This document shows, one piece after another, positions 23,701-34,733 of a DNA stretch of 64,000 bases. This stretch comes from Lingula anatina. Its lineage: Eukaryota; Animalia; Brachiopoda. The position numbers were made by a program, and so were the translations under genes. The stretch covers positions 2,728,001 through 2,792,000 of the forward strand of contig CM120645.1 of the NCBI GenBank assembly GCA_051362555.1. The letters are read 5' to 3'. Numbering within the stretch: position 1 is the first letter of the stretch; each line of letters opens with the position of its first letter. Below the pieces are notes generated by a model. That model worked only from the letters and a program-made list of their open reading frames with translations, made no database searches and was not told the DNA's origin.

Positions 23701-24508
23701 CCTTCTCTGAGAATCCTTGAGAGAACACGAGGTGAGCTTGAGAATCTTCCAGTGTACCAAACAACCGACAGAATTGATGGAATTTACGGTAAATTTCCCC
23801 CCTCTGATAAGCCACATACTCGCATAATGTTTGCAACGAATGTGGTTGTCCAAACTGCCAGGTGTTCACCATTTCCAGTCCCTTAACCCTCAAATCCAAG
23901 ACCTCTGGCCTGGAACCAAGAGACTTGTCAAAAATCAGTGGGAAGATGAACCTGCATGTAGTGTGCCTTTTTGTTGGTAAAAATTTCTCCACACTCTGGA
24001 GTTAAACTTCTTAACCCCCCCCCATACCAAATCCTAGACATTTTATTTTAGATCCAGAAATGGGAATGGAGAACAATGGAGTTTGCCCAGTTCTCTTACT
24101 TCAAACCACACCTTTTTCTGTGAATTCTTGAGAGAACTCCAGATAAGCATGAGAATCTTCCAGTGTACCAAACAACTGACGGAATTGATGGAATTTAAGG
24201 TAAATTTTCCCCCTCTAATAAGCCACATACCCGCATATTGTTTGCAACGAATGTGGTTGTCCAAACTGCCAGATGTCCACCATTTCCAGTCCCTTAATCC
24301 TCAAATCCAAGACTTCAGGTCTGGAACCAAGAGACTTGTCAAAAATCAGTGGGAAGATGAACCTGCATGTAGTGTGCTTTTTTGTTGGGAAATATTTCTC
24401 CACACTCTGGGATTAAACATCCTAACCCCCCCCCAATACCCAATCCTAGACATTTTAGATCCAGAAATGGGACTGGAGGACAATGGAGTTTGCCCAGTTC
24501 TCTTACTT
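23701..24508. repeat. ~400-bp diverged tandem duplication within the gag relic (23701-24101, 24111-24508)
   Basis: Paired ORFs MEKFLPTKRHTTCRFIFPLIFDKSLGSRPEVLDLR and MEKYFPTKKHTTCRFIFPLIFDKSLGSRPEVLDLR; both copies end in caatggagtttgcccagttctcttactt. Confidence 0.9.
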
Positions 24509-25059
24509 AACTTACCTGTCGTGAAGTTAGACGCAACGAACAGCTGGCCAACCCCGACTGACACATCAGAGTTTCAAAATACCTATCAGTCTTCCAAGGC
24601 TCTTCAGTTTAGATTATTTGGTGTGTTTGCTTTTTCTGAGAGATTTCCCTACACCAGATATTCACTTTATAATCTCTCCCATTACCCTCTTTACCTTGGT
24701 TCTGTCAGGGGTTCCTAGACAGGACCCCTCTTCAAGGGTGAAGGTCATTATCACTTGCAATATCTCATCTCCCATATCTTCATAATGATCCCTGAGGAAG
24801 GAAGGTCTGTCCCACTCGGTGTCCACCATTAGATCTTCAACCAACCTCACATCCTGTATCGTGAACTCTTCTGCCTTGCCTCTCAAGCCTCTCCCCTTGT
24901 CTGAGAACTTTGCTGCTAAAGCTAGGGGGTTTCCTCAGCGATAGCTTGGTTGATGTTGCATTTGCTCCATTGTTTAGCTTCCTAATCAAGAGATTAGTAT
25001 TTGGTACTTGGAATTTGTTAAATGTAAGATAGCAGAATCTGGAGAATGTTCACACATGC

Positions 25060-25324
25060 CAAAATTTGCATCTCAATATTTTGTGCACTGCATTACATTC
25101 CAGTCTGTTTTCCATTAGCGTCTTTTAGGGGAAAACATGAGTACATCCACAAAGGCCCAACATATACTGACACAATCTGGCAAATGTAATTTCTCCCCAT
25201 ATAACATTGGAAACATGGCAACAAAATTATTCAACAGCATTTTATCTCTTTGAATATCAAGCACTTGTGCACTGTCTTGTAACATAGGGTGAATACAACC
25301 CACTACATCGATTTCATTGGACAA
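25060..25324 (-). mobile_element. EnSpm/CACTA-like transposase fragment
   Basis: LLNNFVAMFPMLYGEK-LHLPDCV, then after a frameshift GPLWMYSCFPLKDANGK. Matches the LYG...HL..CV...GPLW..SCF.FE..NG motif of animal EnSpm transposases. Confidence 0.65.
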
Positions 25325-26115
25325 GTTTTGATATTTTTTTCTGTTTTCCTAATAGGATATACTTCTACAGTAGGTTGGTCACATTTTATTTGTTTTTACT
25401 GTGTTGTATTTTTATCCCATAATGATGTTGCATTTTTTATTTTATTTGTTTATTTATTTTGTTCTTTGTATAGAAGTTAAGCTGTAAATATGTCACTCCT
25501 GGATAAGCAGGCTTTGTTTTCAGTAGAAATACTGAGTGCATTTTTCAACCCTTTCTTTTAGAAACTTTCTTTGTTGCCTCCTCCAGAGACTTGATAATGT
25601 ATCTTACATTAAATGTTTGTGTAAACCTGTAACTGTTTATTTTATTTTTTTCGTTCATTTATTTTGATACCAGTGCAATTTCACACAGACTACAGCCAAA
25701 GAATAGACATTCTATCTGTATGACAATAAGAAAATAATTTAAATTAAGTTTACCGAAAGACTTATTCATTGTGATGCTCAAACTGTTCATTCCTTGGGTA
25801 CATGATATACCAATAGAAACCTTATTTATTTTGCTTTTTTTGTGTGTGTGTGTTACATGATTTAAGGGCTGGGCTTCATTACAAGCAAATGAAGGGCAAT
25901 TAGTCATATATATCTCTTTTAAGTAAACAGTTGAAGGACAGTGTTTCAGAATTTTGCTAAATGTTTTATTGTGCTTTGACCTTTTTTCAAGTTTTCTTCA
26001 ACTTTTGTTTTGCGGGAAAATTGTAATAGTATATTCTTTAATGTGTGAGTTAGTACAGTATTACAGCATCTACTTCTACATGTGAAAAAATTTTAAGTGA
26101 AAAGATTATGAACTA

Positions 26116-26291
26116 GTGTGACAGGAAGGGTAGCCCTAGGAATGGGTGTCCTGGATCCCATATAATGTATACAGGGTAGGGTGTCAGAAAGTACATTTTT
26201 TGGGGGATCAGAACAAGAGGCGAATGTCATATTACAATGCAATAGGAAATGGACTGAATGCTTCCTACTAGCTTACCACTCCTGTCACGTC
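26116..26291. mobile_element. MITE-like element related to the 29409-29772 element
   Basis: Ends gtgtgacagga ... tcctgtcacgt are inverted and share the TIR of the 29409 element. Confidence 0.5.
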
Positions 26292-26959
26292 GACTTTTTA
26301 ATGGTTACAATGAAAGGGGAAATGTGAATAGTGAATTGTGTTAAATGATGAATTCATATTTTGGCACTGATGGTAATGGCTTTTATAGGCCTATATGAAA
26401 GTGATTATCGGTGAGATAAAGTTCTATCATTTTCATACATTCCACCACTTACCGGTAGAACCATTAGCCTATATTATTTGCGATTAAAACTTATTAATTC
26501 CTGATGCATTGATGTGTGTTGTTTACAATATGTTGCCATATATTTAGTTATATGGAGCATCAGACGTGGATGTTTAAGAAATAAATGTTGTTGAACATAT
26601 ACGTTGCCTTTGTTTGTTTTCTGTCTATCCGACAAATGCCTTGAATCATATTGGAAAATAAAGTTCTCTACATTGCTTTACAGAAATAACGTTTTTTCTT
26701 TATTATTATTATTATTATTATTTACTTCTAACTTGGCGGTGTTCACCCCGAAAGTGCTATGTTGTATTTTTGTCTTTTCTGATTAGTGTCTGTATGTTTG
26801 CAAGCTTTGCTTTCTAATTACATTCAAGAAAGAAACCACAATAAGGGAGATATATTAATGCGACGAAGTAACTGAAGTATCAGCACCAGCTGTCATTTAT
26901 TTATAAACCCCAGATTGACGGGAGTTTCAATATTTTTGTTGATAACATAATATCTAACG

Positions 26960-27505
26960 TTTATGACGCAATCTTTTTTTCCTCAAGTCCATTTCACAGG
27001 CTGGCATGGCGTTAAACAACAGTGACGTGTTTAATAGTTGTCTGTGACGTCTTTTCATGACTTGCGTAACGTCATGACTGAGACCTGAAGTTCGTAATGA
27101 CGTGACTGTCGTGTTAGAGTGCATTCACAGAGATTTAGATAAATCTATCTGGATCGACCTAACTCCTTGGTGGTTCACGCTAAATTGCAGTCAGCCGAGC
27201 GCGAGCCATAGTTAACTACCCCCTTACAGCTCTTAGTAGGCGGGACAGACATTTACGCCTTTTAAGCTAACACCAATTAAGTGAGACTCCCCACGGGGAT
27301 GGATTGATCTAAAATATGTGCGAATGGGGTCTTAGACTCTTTATGTTGACTGTGACGTGAATGACGTTTAGGTTTGTGACGTATGCTGACGTTTCAGTGA
27401 CTTGTATAACTGTGACCTCTGACGTTTGTGACGTGTTTTATAGACATCTGCTATGTCGTTGACACCATGACGTATACGCTGTCTGTAGCATCTTATATGT
27501 GACTT
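26960..27505. repeat. Degenerate TGACGT/TGACT-rich array interrupted by an imperfect-TIR insertion (~27114-27335)
   Basis: More than 15 TGAC(G/T) cores, nearly all outside the insert. Insert ends gcattcacagagatttagataaatctatc and gatggattgatctaaaatatgtgcgaatg are imperfect inverted repeats. Confidence 0.55.
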
Positions 27506-28502
27506 GTATTCAGGAATTGTTTGCTGCATGCTTTTCTATGATAGATAATGTGTGTAGTACCGAAAATAAAAAGATTCTCTCCGAATTTTGATTATAAAGT
27601 TTTAATGCCGTTCCTCATCCGTTATTTTCTATTGAAGTTTTTAATTCATTTGTAGTGTAAAACGTGTTCGTTGATAATGTAAAATGTCATCTTTGATCTT
27701 CTCAACCTCTATAGATCAAAGAAGAAAAAAAGGAGAAAAAGGCAATCTAATGATAAAATACATGAAATATTCCAACTTAACGAACCCTTTGCACGCCATG
27801 AGCGCCTTTCAGACGCCACTTGTACCCGGTCCCTTGGAATTTAATTATTGTTACCGCAGAAGTTGACTTGTAATTTGTCAACAGCTTCAAGTGGTCCGGC
27901 ATGATAATGTATTTCACACCGAGAAGCGCGACAACGTTCGTACTGGACAGTACCCAAAACTGCATAGAATTCACCCGAGACATATCTGTAAATATCTAGT
28001 TAAAAATCGATCTGCCACCCTGGTAGCGGGTACCTATTGTAAGCCAGGAATAATAACAGCGCACGACTTGACGCGCTGTTGAACGTCTTCCGCTGGTATT
28101 GGGGGTGCTAACCGAAGGTGTGTAAAAACTCAAAGAGCCGTAAAATATTATTATTTCGGACTTTTTTCTTCTACGTGATGTGCATAACAATCGTTAATGA
28201 ACATTAGAGCATGTGCCCCCCTATTTTCATTGAGAAAGGTTATGGACTGCACGGTAAAAAAAAAAAATAATAATAAACGCGGACTGTATTTGCCTGTAAT
28301 TGCACTACCCCTATAAAATATGTCACGAACGGTTTGTGGGAATGCTTGTTTGATATAGGAATCATCTGATGTATTGTTAACGCAACCTGAATATATGGAA
28401 AGTATAACAAAAACAGGCGCAATCAAATATCCATATTTTATTAATTTATTTTGAAATAAGACTGCGGAAGACGCTTGAAGACGACATTGTCGTATATCGG
28501 TC

Positions 28503-28544
<42 letters not shown>

Positions 28545-29408
28545 TAGCACTCGTGCTCATAAACACAGATCAATTTTCCAGTACAAATTTATTAAAACCG
28601 ATTTAAGACTAAAATTACAAGAAAGTAGACCTCTTTTTCAACAGAATATCTGGTTCCTGCCTCCAAGGCTATGTTAGTCTTGAATGAACCTGCTTAACTT
28701 CTAACTGCATTGATCACACCATTCTGGGAATGAGTAGAAAAGAAGTATAATTTCAAAAAGGGTCTGCTTTTTTAAACCCGCCTAAAACATATTTGTTGAG
28801 ACGATGCTGGATGCCCCTTAAAAGTGTTTATTTTTGTCTAGCATTGGTAGTAGCGTTTTGTTTACATATGACATTGTTAGAAATGGGGAGCGCCTGGCGT
28901 GAATGGATAGCTTTTTTTGGTCTATATATATACGAGTGCGTCATTAAGTTGTGGGAAACCATAACAGTAGTCATGTTGTTAAACAAAGTGAGTTGAAGGT
29001 TAGGCACAAGCACCCGCGTTTACTGGGCTAACTGTATACAGTATATGGTAAGTACAGGTGCGTAAATAGGGTCACGGAGGTTTATTTCACAAATTGTGTT
29101 AATGCAGTTTTGAGTCATAATGTTAGCCTAACAAGTCACGGCCGATTTAGCTCATTTCTCAGCGTCTTAATGGTAGCTGACGTCATATTAGATGTTTTGG
29201 CAAATTTTTTTAGCAAATTATGATTGTTTTGATGAATATTTTTACTCCCATTGGTGACAGGGGGAAGGTGTGGGAGATAGACCCATCTGTTAAAGCCCTT
29301 ACACCAAAAGCCAATTATAAAAAAAGTATATCCTAAGAACTTTAAAATCTCTTATGAAGCGGTCCTCGGGTCACAGTCAAAGTAAGGTAGGTAGGCGGTC
29401 GTCATAAC

Positions 29409-29772
29409 CGGTGTGACAGGATTTGTAGTCCTAGTTAACGAATTCGGATATTACCCTCTACCAGGGCCGCAGTTATTATTCTGTGGACATTTTTGATGAG
29501 GCGACAGTACAAAGATTAGCCATCTATTTAACCAGAGACATATCTCTAAATACTAGTGGAAAATCAATCTGTGGTCCTGCTACATAGATTAGCCATCTGT
29601 TTAACCAGGGAGATATCACTTAATATATCTAGTGAAAAAATCAATCTGTGGCCGGCGCTGGTAGAGGGTAGCCGGATATGATGAGTACAGGTTAGGGTTA
29701 GTCAAAGTATTGGGGTTAGCTCATGGGATGAATGTCACCTGTACTAAGTAACGAACCTTTCCTGTCACACCG
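29409..29772. mobile_element. MITE with 13-bp TIR containing a nested MITE (29452-29670)
   Basis: Outer TIR cggtgtgacagga / tcctgtcacaccg is perfect. Inner TIR taccctctaccagggccg / cggcgctggtagagggta. The inner element has a ~70-bp direct repeat starting agattagccatct. Confidence 0.75.
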
Positions 29773-29866
29773 ATAGTCCCTTGTGATACAGGGTTCGGTT
29801 CCCATGGATATGAACAGGTAAGCCGCGTTCTAGATTTTGGCCCATTTACATGTAGGTCACGCTAAC

Positions 29867-29983
29867 CAGGCCCGTAGCCGGGGGGGGAGGGGGGTTCGAA
29901 AGAACCGCCCCTTTTTATGGGAAAAGGTCCACTTTTTCAAAAAAAAAAGAACCCCCCTTTTGAAATTTCTGGCTCCGGGCCTG
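29867..29983. mobile_element. Short MITE-like element
   Basis: Inverted ends caggcccgtagcc / ggctccgggcctg, with ctaac on both flanks. Confidence 0.6.
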
Positions 29984-30277
29984 CTAACCCTAACCTGTAC
30001 GAATCTAATTGAGAGAGGAGTCTCTGTTTCACGGACGTTCAGTTTCTTTACACCGGAATTATGACAAGACTCTACACATAAGAGACGCTATTTCTTTTGT
30101 AGATTTGAATATCGAGTGTAGATTTCAGAATATGTGAAAAGGACTTAGGAATTGGAGTGTTGGATTTCACACGTAACGGTGGTGATCAAGGGTATGTAAC
30201 AATCAAAGGTTTTTAATTTAAGAATTCATTTGACTTATGTCTAAAATTAAATCGATGTTTGCTAATTTTCAACTTAA

Positions 30278-30381
30278 CTTAAGCGGCTTAGATGCCTTTC
30301 ACGCTTACTGAAGCTGATAGGGGATAATTAACTATCGTTTAGCAGCTTTAGTAGGCGTCCCAGGCATCTAAGCCACTTAAG
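30278..30381. repeat. ~104-bp imperfect palindrome/hairpin
   Basis: cttaagcggcttagatgcc pairs with ggcatctaagccacttaag; acgcttactgaagctg pairs with cagctttagtaggcgt. Confidence 0.75.
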
Positions 30382-30889
30382 CTGAAACCAATTTTACAAG
30401 ACACCCTGTGGAGATGGACAGATCCTGCTAGATCGATCTAGGAATAAGGACCCAGTCTAAGACTGTTCAAAGCTCTGTACCATACCATACACATGCTCCA
30501 TCCAACAAAATACAATTTTCTACAGGTTAATTAATGCAGGTTTCAGGTTTTATAAACGCATGCTGCAGTCACAATATTGGTGGTTTAACACGAATTTGAG
30601 CAGATAAATAATTACAGCGTTTTTTTTTCCTCTGGTGACATCATTGAGTGTCCTGGAGTAATGTTTCGTGTGTGTGTGCGTGTGCGTGTTTAACATTTTT
30701 TCATTTTTCACATATCTGCATTTTTATATACAGACACTGCAAGTTTCACCATTTATCTGTCTTATCATCTGTTTCTTTATTTTTCTTTGTTTGGTGTCTG
30801 TGCATGTGTCATCCATGATGTCTATTTAAAGAGTCCTTATACATGGATAAATTATTCTTTTCCAGAGTGAAGAGTGACTTGAACGTGTG

Positions 30890-31996
30890 ATGACCAACTA
30901 CAGTATAATGGATCACAACGCAACGGAGCTCCCCATGGTAGGAACAGGATTGGGGTTTTCCCCGGGCATTTTATTCCACTTATTCCACTTGGATGGCGAC
31001 AGAATCGAGTTCCGCGTCACATACACCTTGGCTTTTGTTTTGGAAGTCATCGGAGTTGTCATGAACATCGTGTCTCTCAGCGCCCTGTATAACATTCCGA
31101 GGCCCGTCCGCCCTTTGCAAGTTCTGATCATCCACTTGGCCGCGGCAGACTTGCTTTTCTTGGTATCGGGAATGGTAAGCACGTGCCTCGTGCTCGCTGA
31201 AATTTACACCCCCGGCATGCTGGGACAACAGAGCCCGGTTTGGTGTGTTGGTGAGATATTGATTGATGTCCACATAAACTGCTTCCCAGTTCCCTTTATT
31301 ATTACTACGTATATCGTTCTAAATCAACTACTGGCACTGACTTTCCCGCTGAGGTACAAAGCTTTCGTCAGCAAACGGCGGATAAATGTGATTCTTGGGA
31401 TTTCCTATGTTGTTGTTGTTGTGCTGTTTCTCACTTTCCACATGGTATCTCTAACTCAAGGTGATTCGTGCCTTTCACATTTTTCAAAAACGTACATCAA
31501 TGCTACGTCCTGGTACCTTGGAATACTGTGCTCAGTTTTGATTTTGGTTAACTTACTGCTGTATGTTGGATTATTCATAAAAGCCAAAGACATCATCCGA
31601 AGCCACAAAGGCTCATTTCAGTTACAAGAAGCACAGAAAGCAACAGCTAACTGCGCGACGATCGACTCAAGAAAAGACAGAAAACTTCTTATCACGATCT
31701 TTCTGCTCTCAGTAACCATCGTTGTCCTTTGGACTCCCGCAATTGTGACTTTTTATCTTAAAACTTTAATTGCCAGCCGAGACTTTGAAGAGCGCATTGA
31801 TCTAGCCGTGGTTCAAGCAATTACCGGCGTCGTCGCTATTCTAAATTCGTTAGTAGATCCTCTAGTGTACGGCATTCGGCTCCCCGAGGTCCGTGCCGGA
31901 TACAGTAGACTTATGGGAAATTTTAGAAATTGTTGCAGAGGACCAGCAAGTCAAGGTGGAATATCCAGAGAAGCAACCAAAAGTACTTCTTGCTAA
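30890..31996 (+). CDS. Orphan class A (rhodopsin-like) GPCR, single coding exon, 368 aa
   Basis: Seven hydrophobic segments. TM1 GVVMN, TM2 HLAAADL, TM3 Cys, post-TM3 NQLLALTFPLRY, TM6 WTP, TM7 NSLVDPLVY, C-tail CC, N-terminal sequons NYS and NAT. Splice acceptor at 30865 upstream of the ATG. Confidence 0.9.
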   Translation: MTNYSIMDHNATELPMVGTGLGFSPGILFHLFHLDGDRIEFRVTYTLAFVLEVIGVVMNIVSLSALYNIPRPVRPLQVLIIHLAAADLLFLVSGMVSTCLVLAEIYTPGMLGQQSPVWCVGEILIDVHINCFPVPFIITTYIVLNQLLALTFPLRYKAFVSKRRINVILGISYVVVVVLFLTFHMVSLTQGDSCLSHFSKTYINATSWYLGILCSVLILVNLLLYVGLFIKAKDIIRSHKGSFQLQEAQKATANCATIDSRKDRKLLITIFLLSVTIVVLWTPAIVTFYLKTLIASRDFEERIDLAVVQAITGVVAILNSLVDPLVYGIRLPEVRAGYSRLMGNFRNCCRGPASQGGISREATKSTSC

Positions 31997-32754
31997 TCAA
32001 CTTGTGTTGGGATAACGAGTGTCGTTATACCTTGATTACGAAATATCATCATAACTTTATTTTATTTTTTTCATTGTGTCCGACTTTTTAACTCAAAGAC
32101 GTTATTGTAAATAAAACCTACATGTTTTTTCTCAATCAACGGATTCAATACCTTTAAATGTAATTTTCGAAGACCAACTGTAATTGCTTCTAGTGAGGTA
32201 ATTGCTTCTAGTGCAGTATTGTATCTTATAACATGTTGTCTAACTTTGAGAAAATAATACGTATTATTAGTCCAGGGTCTAACGTTTTTCTTCAAATGAG
32301 CGTTTATGTATACAACATTGTTGATAATAATCTGTAGTGACCGCCAAAGAGACTTGTGGTGTTAGATTTCAAAAGGTGATTCATACTTAAAACTGAGGAA
32401 AAAATAAACATTTATTTAGCTCAACTGTCACAACACGGAAATAAGAGATAAAATTGGTGTTTAAGTTCTCCTGAAACGGTGTTTTCGTGTCACTTTGTAT
32501 TGAAAATCATTTGCACATAAATTTTATATTCCAATGTAGCCCTAATCTACATTGTACTAATCTATCAAATTCGACCTACATGTATCAAAGTTAAAAATCA
32601 AAGCGAATTAATGTCATTCAAAACCTATTGAGAAGCAATCTTACCTTCGAATTTGTAAAATGTTTATTTTCGGTGTGTCTTTCCATATTTGATCTCGAGT
32701 GACGCTTTTCTTTTCTTAAAGATAAATGATTGCCCTACTCCTGTAGACCCTATG

Positions 32755-33240
32755 TATTATTATTATTATTTATTGCGGTTCAAGTACATTTTTTACAATG
32801 ACTATGACCTAACAGTATACATAATATAATCATATAACTAAAATTACAATAGTAAATTACAATATTGTTTATATAATAACTGTGATCAGATTTTACAATT
32901 GCAGTATACGCTCGTTACTTTGGTTGACTAGGTGGTGGTTGGTTGAGAATATTTTTTCTTTCCTTATTACACATTGTGATATAGTGGGCCACATTCTTTA
33001 TAACATGTAAATCGTTTGACTGCATTATGCATTTGAACTGACCCTCTGGGGTTTGTGTAGGATCTGGTTTTAGGATCTCCCTGTGTTTGGTGAGTAAGGG
33101 GCATTTTAAAAGAAAGTGTATTTCGTTTTCCACTTCATCTGAGCATAACTTGCAGATCCTTTCTTCAGGGGGTATTGATTTTGGTTTTCGGTATCTGCCT
33201 CTTTGGATTTCTAAGTCATGTGCCCCTGTTCTAAATTATA
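32755..33240 (-). mobile_element. 5'-truncated non-LTR retrotransposon (CR1/L2-group-like) 3' end
   Basis: RTGAHDLEIQRGRYRKPKSIPPEERICKLCSDEVENEIHFLLKCP is the typical post-RT CCHC motif; it is followed by a 3' UTR, AATAAA and a (TAA)n tail at ~32755-32774. Confidence 0.8.
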
Positions 33241-34733
33241 TCACTGACCTTACACCGTTGCTGTCTGCCACCGTTGCCAAGTGAAACGTCATAAAAGATA
33301 AACACGAGCAAGGTTACGTTTGTGACGCGCGCACATTTTCTTTGGAACTTATTTCGTTTTCAATCACTGGTTTTCAATTACATCCGGAAAAAAAGAGATT
33401 CACGTTTTTTCTCGCCAAAACTCATCATTTTGAAAGTATCGTTCCCATTTTTTTCTGCTTGTTCCGACATGCGCAGTGAGACCAGATTCAGTTTTACATT
33501 TGAGAACGCACTTGACAACCTTCCTGTTTGATTGATATCTAGCATTTAGCTAATCATTAGGCCTACGAAGGAACACCGCATGATACATGTATGTAAATCG
33601 AATAATAATTTCCATGTTAAAAAAAATAAATAAACACCACAAGTGACGAGGGACAAGTGACAAGTGACATATTTGAATGTGTTAATGTTTAAAGTTTAAA
33701 CAACAGTGTTAATCTTTTTTTATATGTGTATCTAGAGTACGGACTGTAGCTCAACATGATATGCCCGAGAGGCCTCTCGTCCACCAAGTTAAGACGACTG
33801 TGACTAAGTTCTTTTGGTCTCTCGAACGGGACTACAAGACTACAAAAAGGAAAACCTGTAAGAAACAATCTGCTCGCCGGCCTCAAAGAGGGCTGCAAGA
33901 GTACCAAAGACCGAAAATAAAAGAAGATAGGATTTGATCAAGTAGGGCGATGGACAAATACATGTAGGATGGGCTGTGCTGGATCACCTTATTTTTGTTA
34001 GTTCATATTGGATGATGAAGAGTAACCTGTAATCCATCGTGGTAATAAACTGAACCTTATTTAGAGACAACCACCTTCCACCGAATTACTTTATGAAGGT
34101 AGGCTATAGTTTATATTTAGTTTCCTTTGAAAATAATGTGTTGATTAATATACTTTGCAAACGTGTGTTGAAAGCTCGAATGGCTAAATGAAAGGACGCA
34201 CCGTCAACCTGTCACTCATTTTTTAATTTAAAAAAGTGATAATAAATAAAACATGGACGTGAAACAAAAATACATTAGGAAGCAATATGAAAAATTATTC
34301 TTTTTAACACCTCGACGATGTAATGGGAATTTTATTGATTGTGATTGCTCACCCGAGAGAGAGAACGAGACGGATCAGTTGCATGAATGATGAGGAGTCG
34401 AAAATACATTAAAACAAATGCTATGATTGACATTCGGCACTGACAGAGCGAAAAGATGTTACAATAATATAGAGATGAATAAATGATAAGGTTTGATTCC
34501 ATGCGATATGCACATAGAAAACACACGGTTTCAGTTTTGTATCCATCAATTTAATAACTGAGAATATAATTCGCATAAGCGATCTTTTGAACTAATCATC
34601 AACTGAACTTTTCTCCTAGGATATTCTGCAGTTACTCCATTCTTAGCAAATCACCAACAGGGGCGAGAACGGAGCGTTTTCTTGATTTGTCTGCCATTGA
34701 AAGCTGCTGGGATAACGATGATCGGTGTCTGAA

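Larger units (their letters stand above)
20480..24970 (-). mobile_element. Degraded Ty3/Gypsy LTR retrotransposon: PNMA-like gag, protease-like and pol remnants, integrase core; interrupted by other fragments
   Basis: Minus-strand, frameshifted integrase motifs QPLELVCMD, ITDHFTK..IAIP, NFDSSLIKEMCKL and PLGNGVTERLNR (~20800-21170). Gag-like EMVDIWQF...RQLFGTLEDS (23640-24500). Protease-like VTVASGKEVEWGG (~23520-23560). Order gag-pro-pol-IN fits Gypsy. LTRs not identified; boundaries approximate. Confidence 0.7.

Noticed and set aside
24083-24718. 211-aa plus-strand ORF as a gene
   Set aside because: Starts at TTG, has no recognisable domain and lies antisense to the duplicated gag relic.
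33690-34052. Possible LINE or LTR 3' end just before the duplication start
   Set aside because: Ends in aataaactgaa but shows no recognisable protein motif or TSD, so it cannot be classified.
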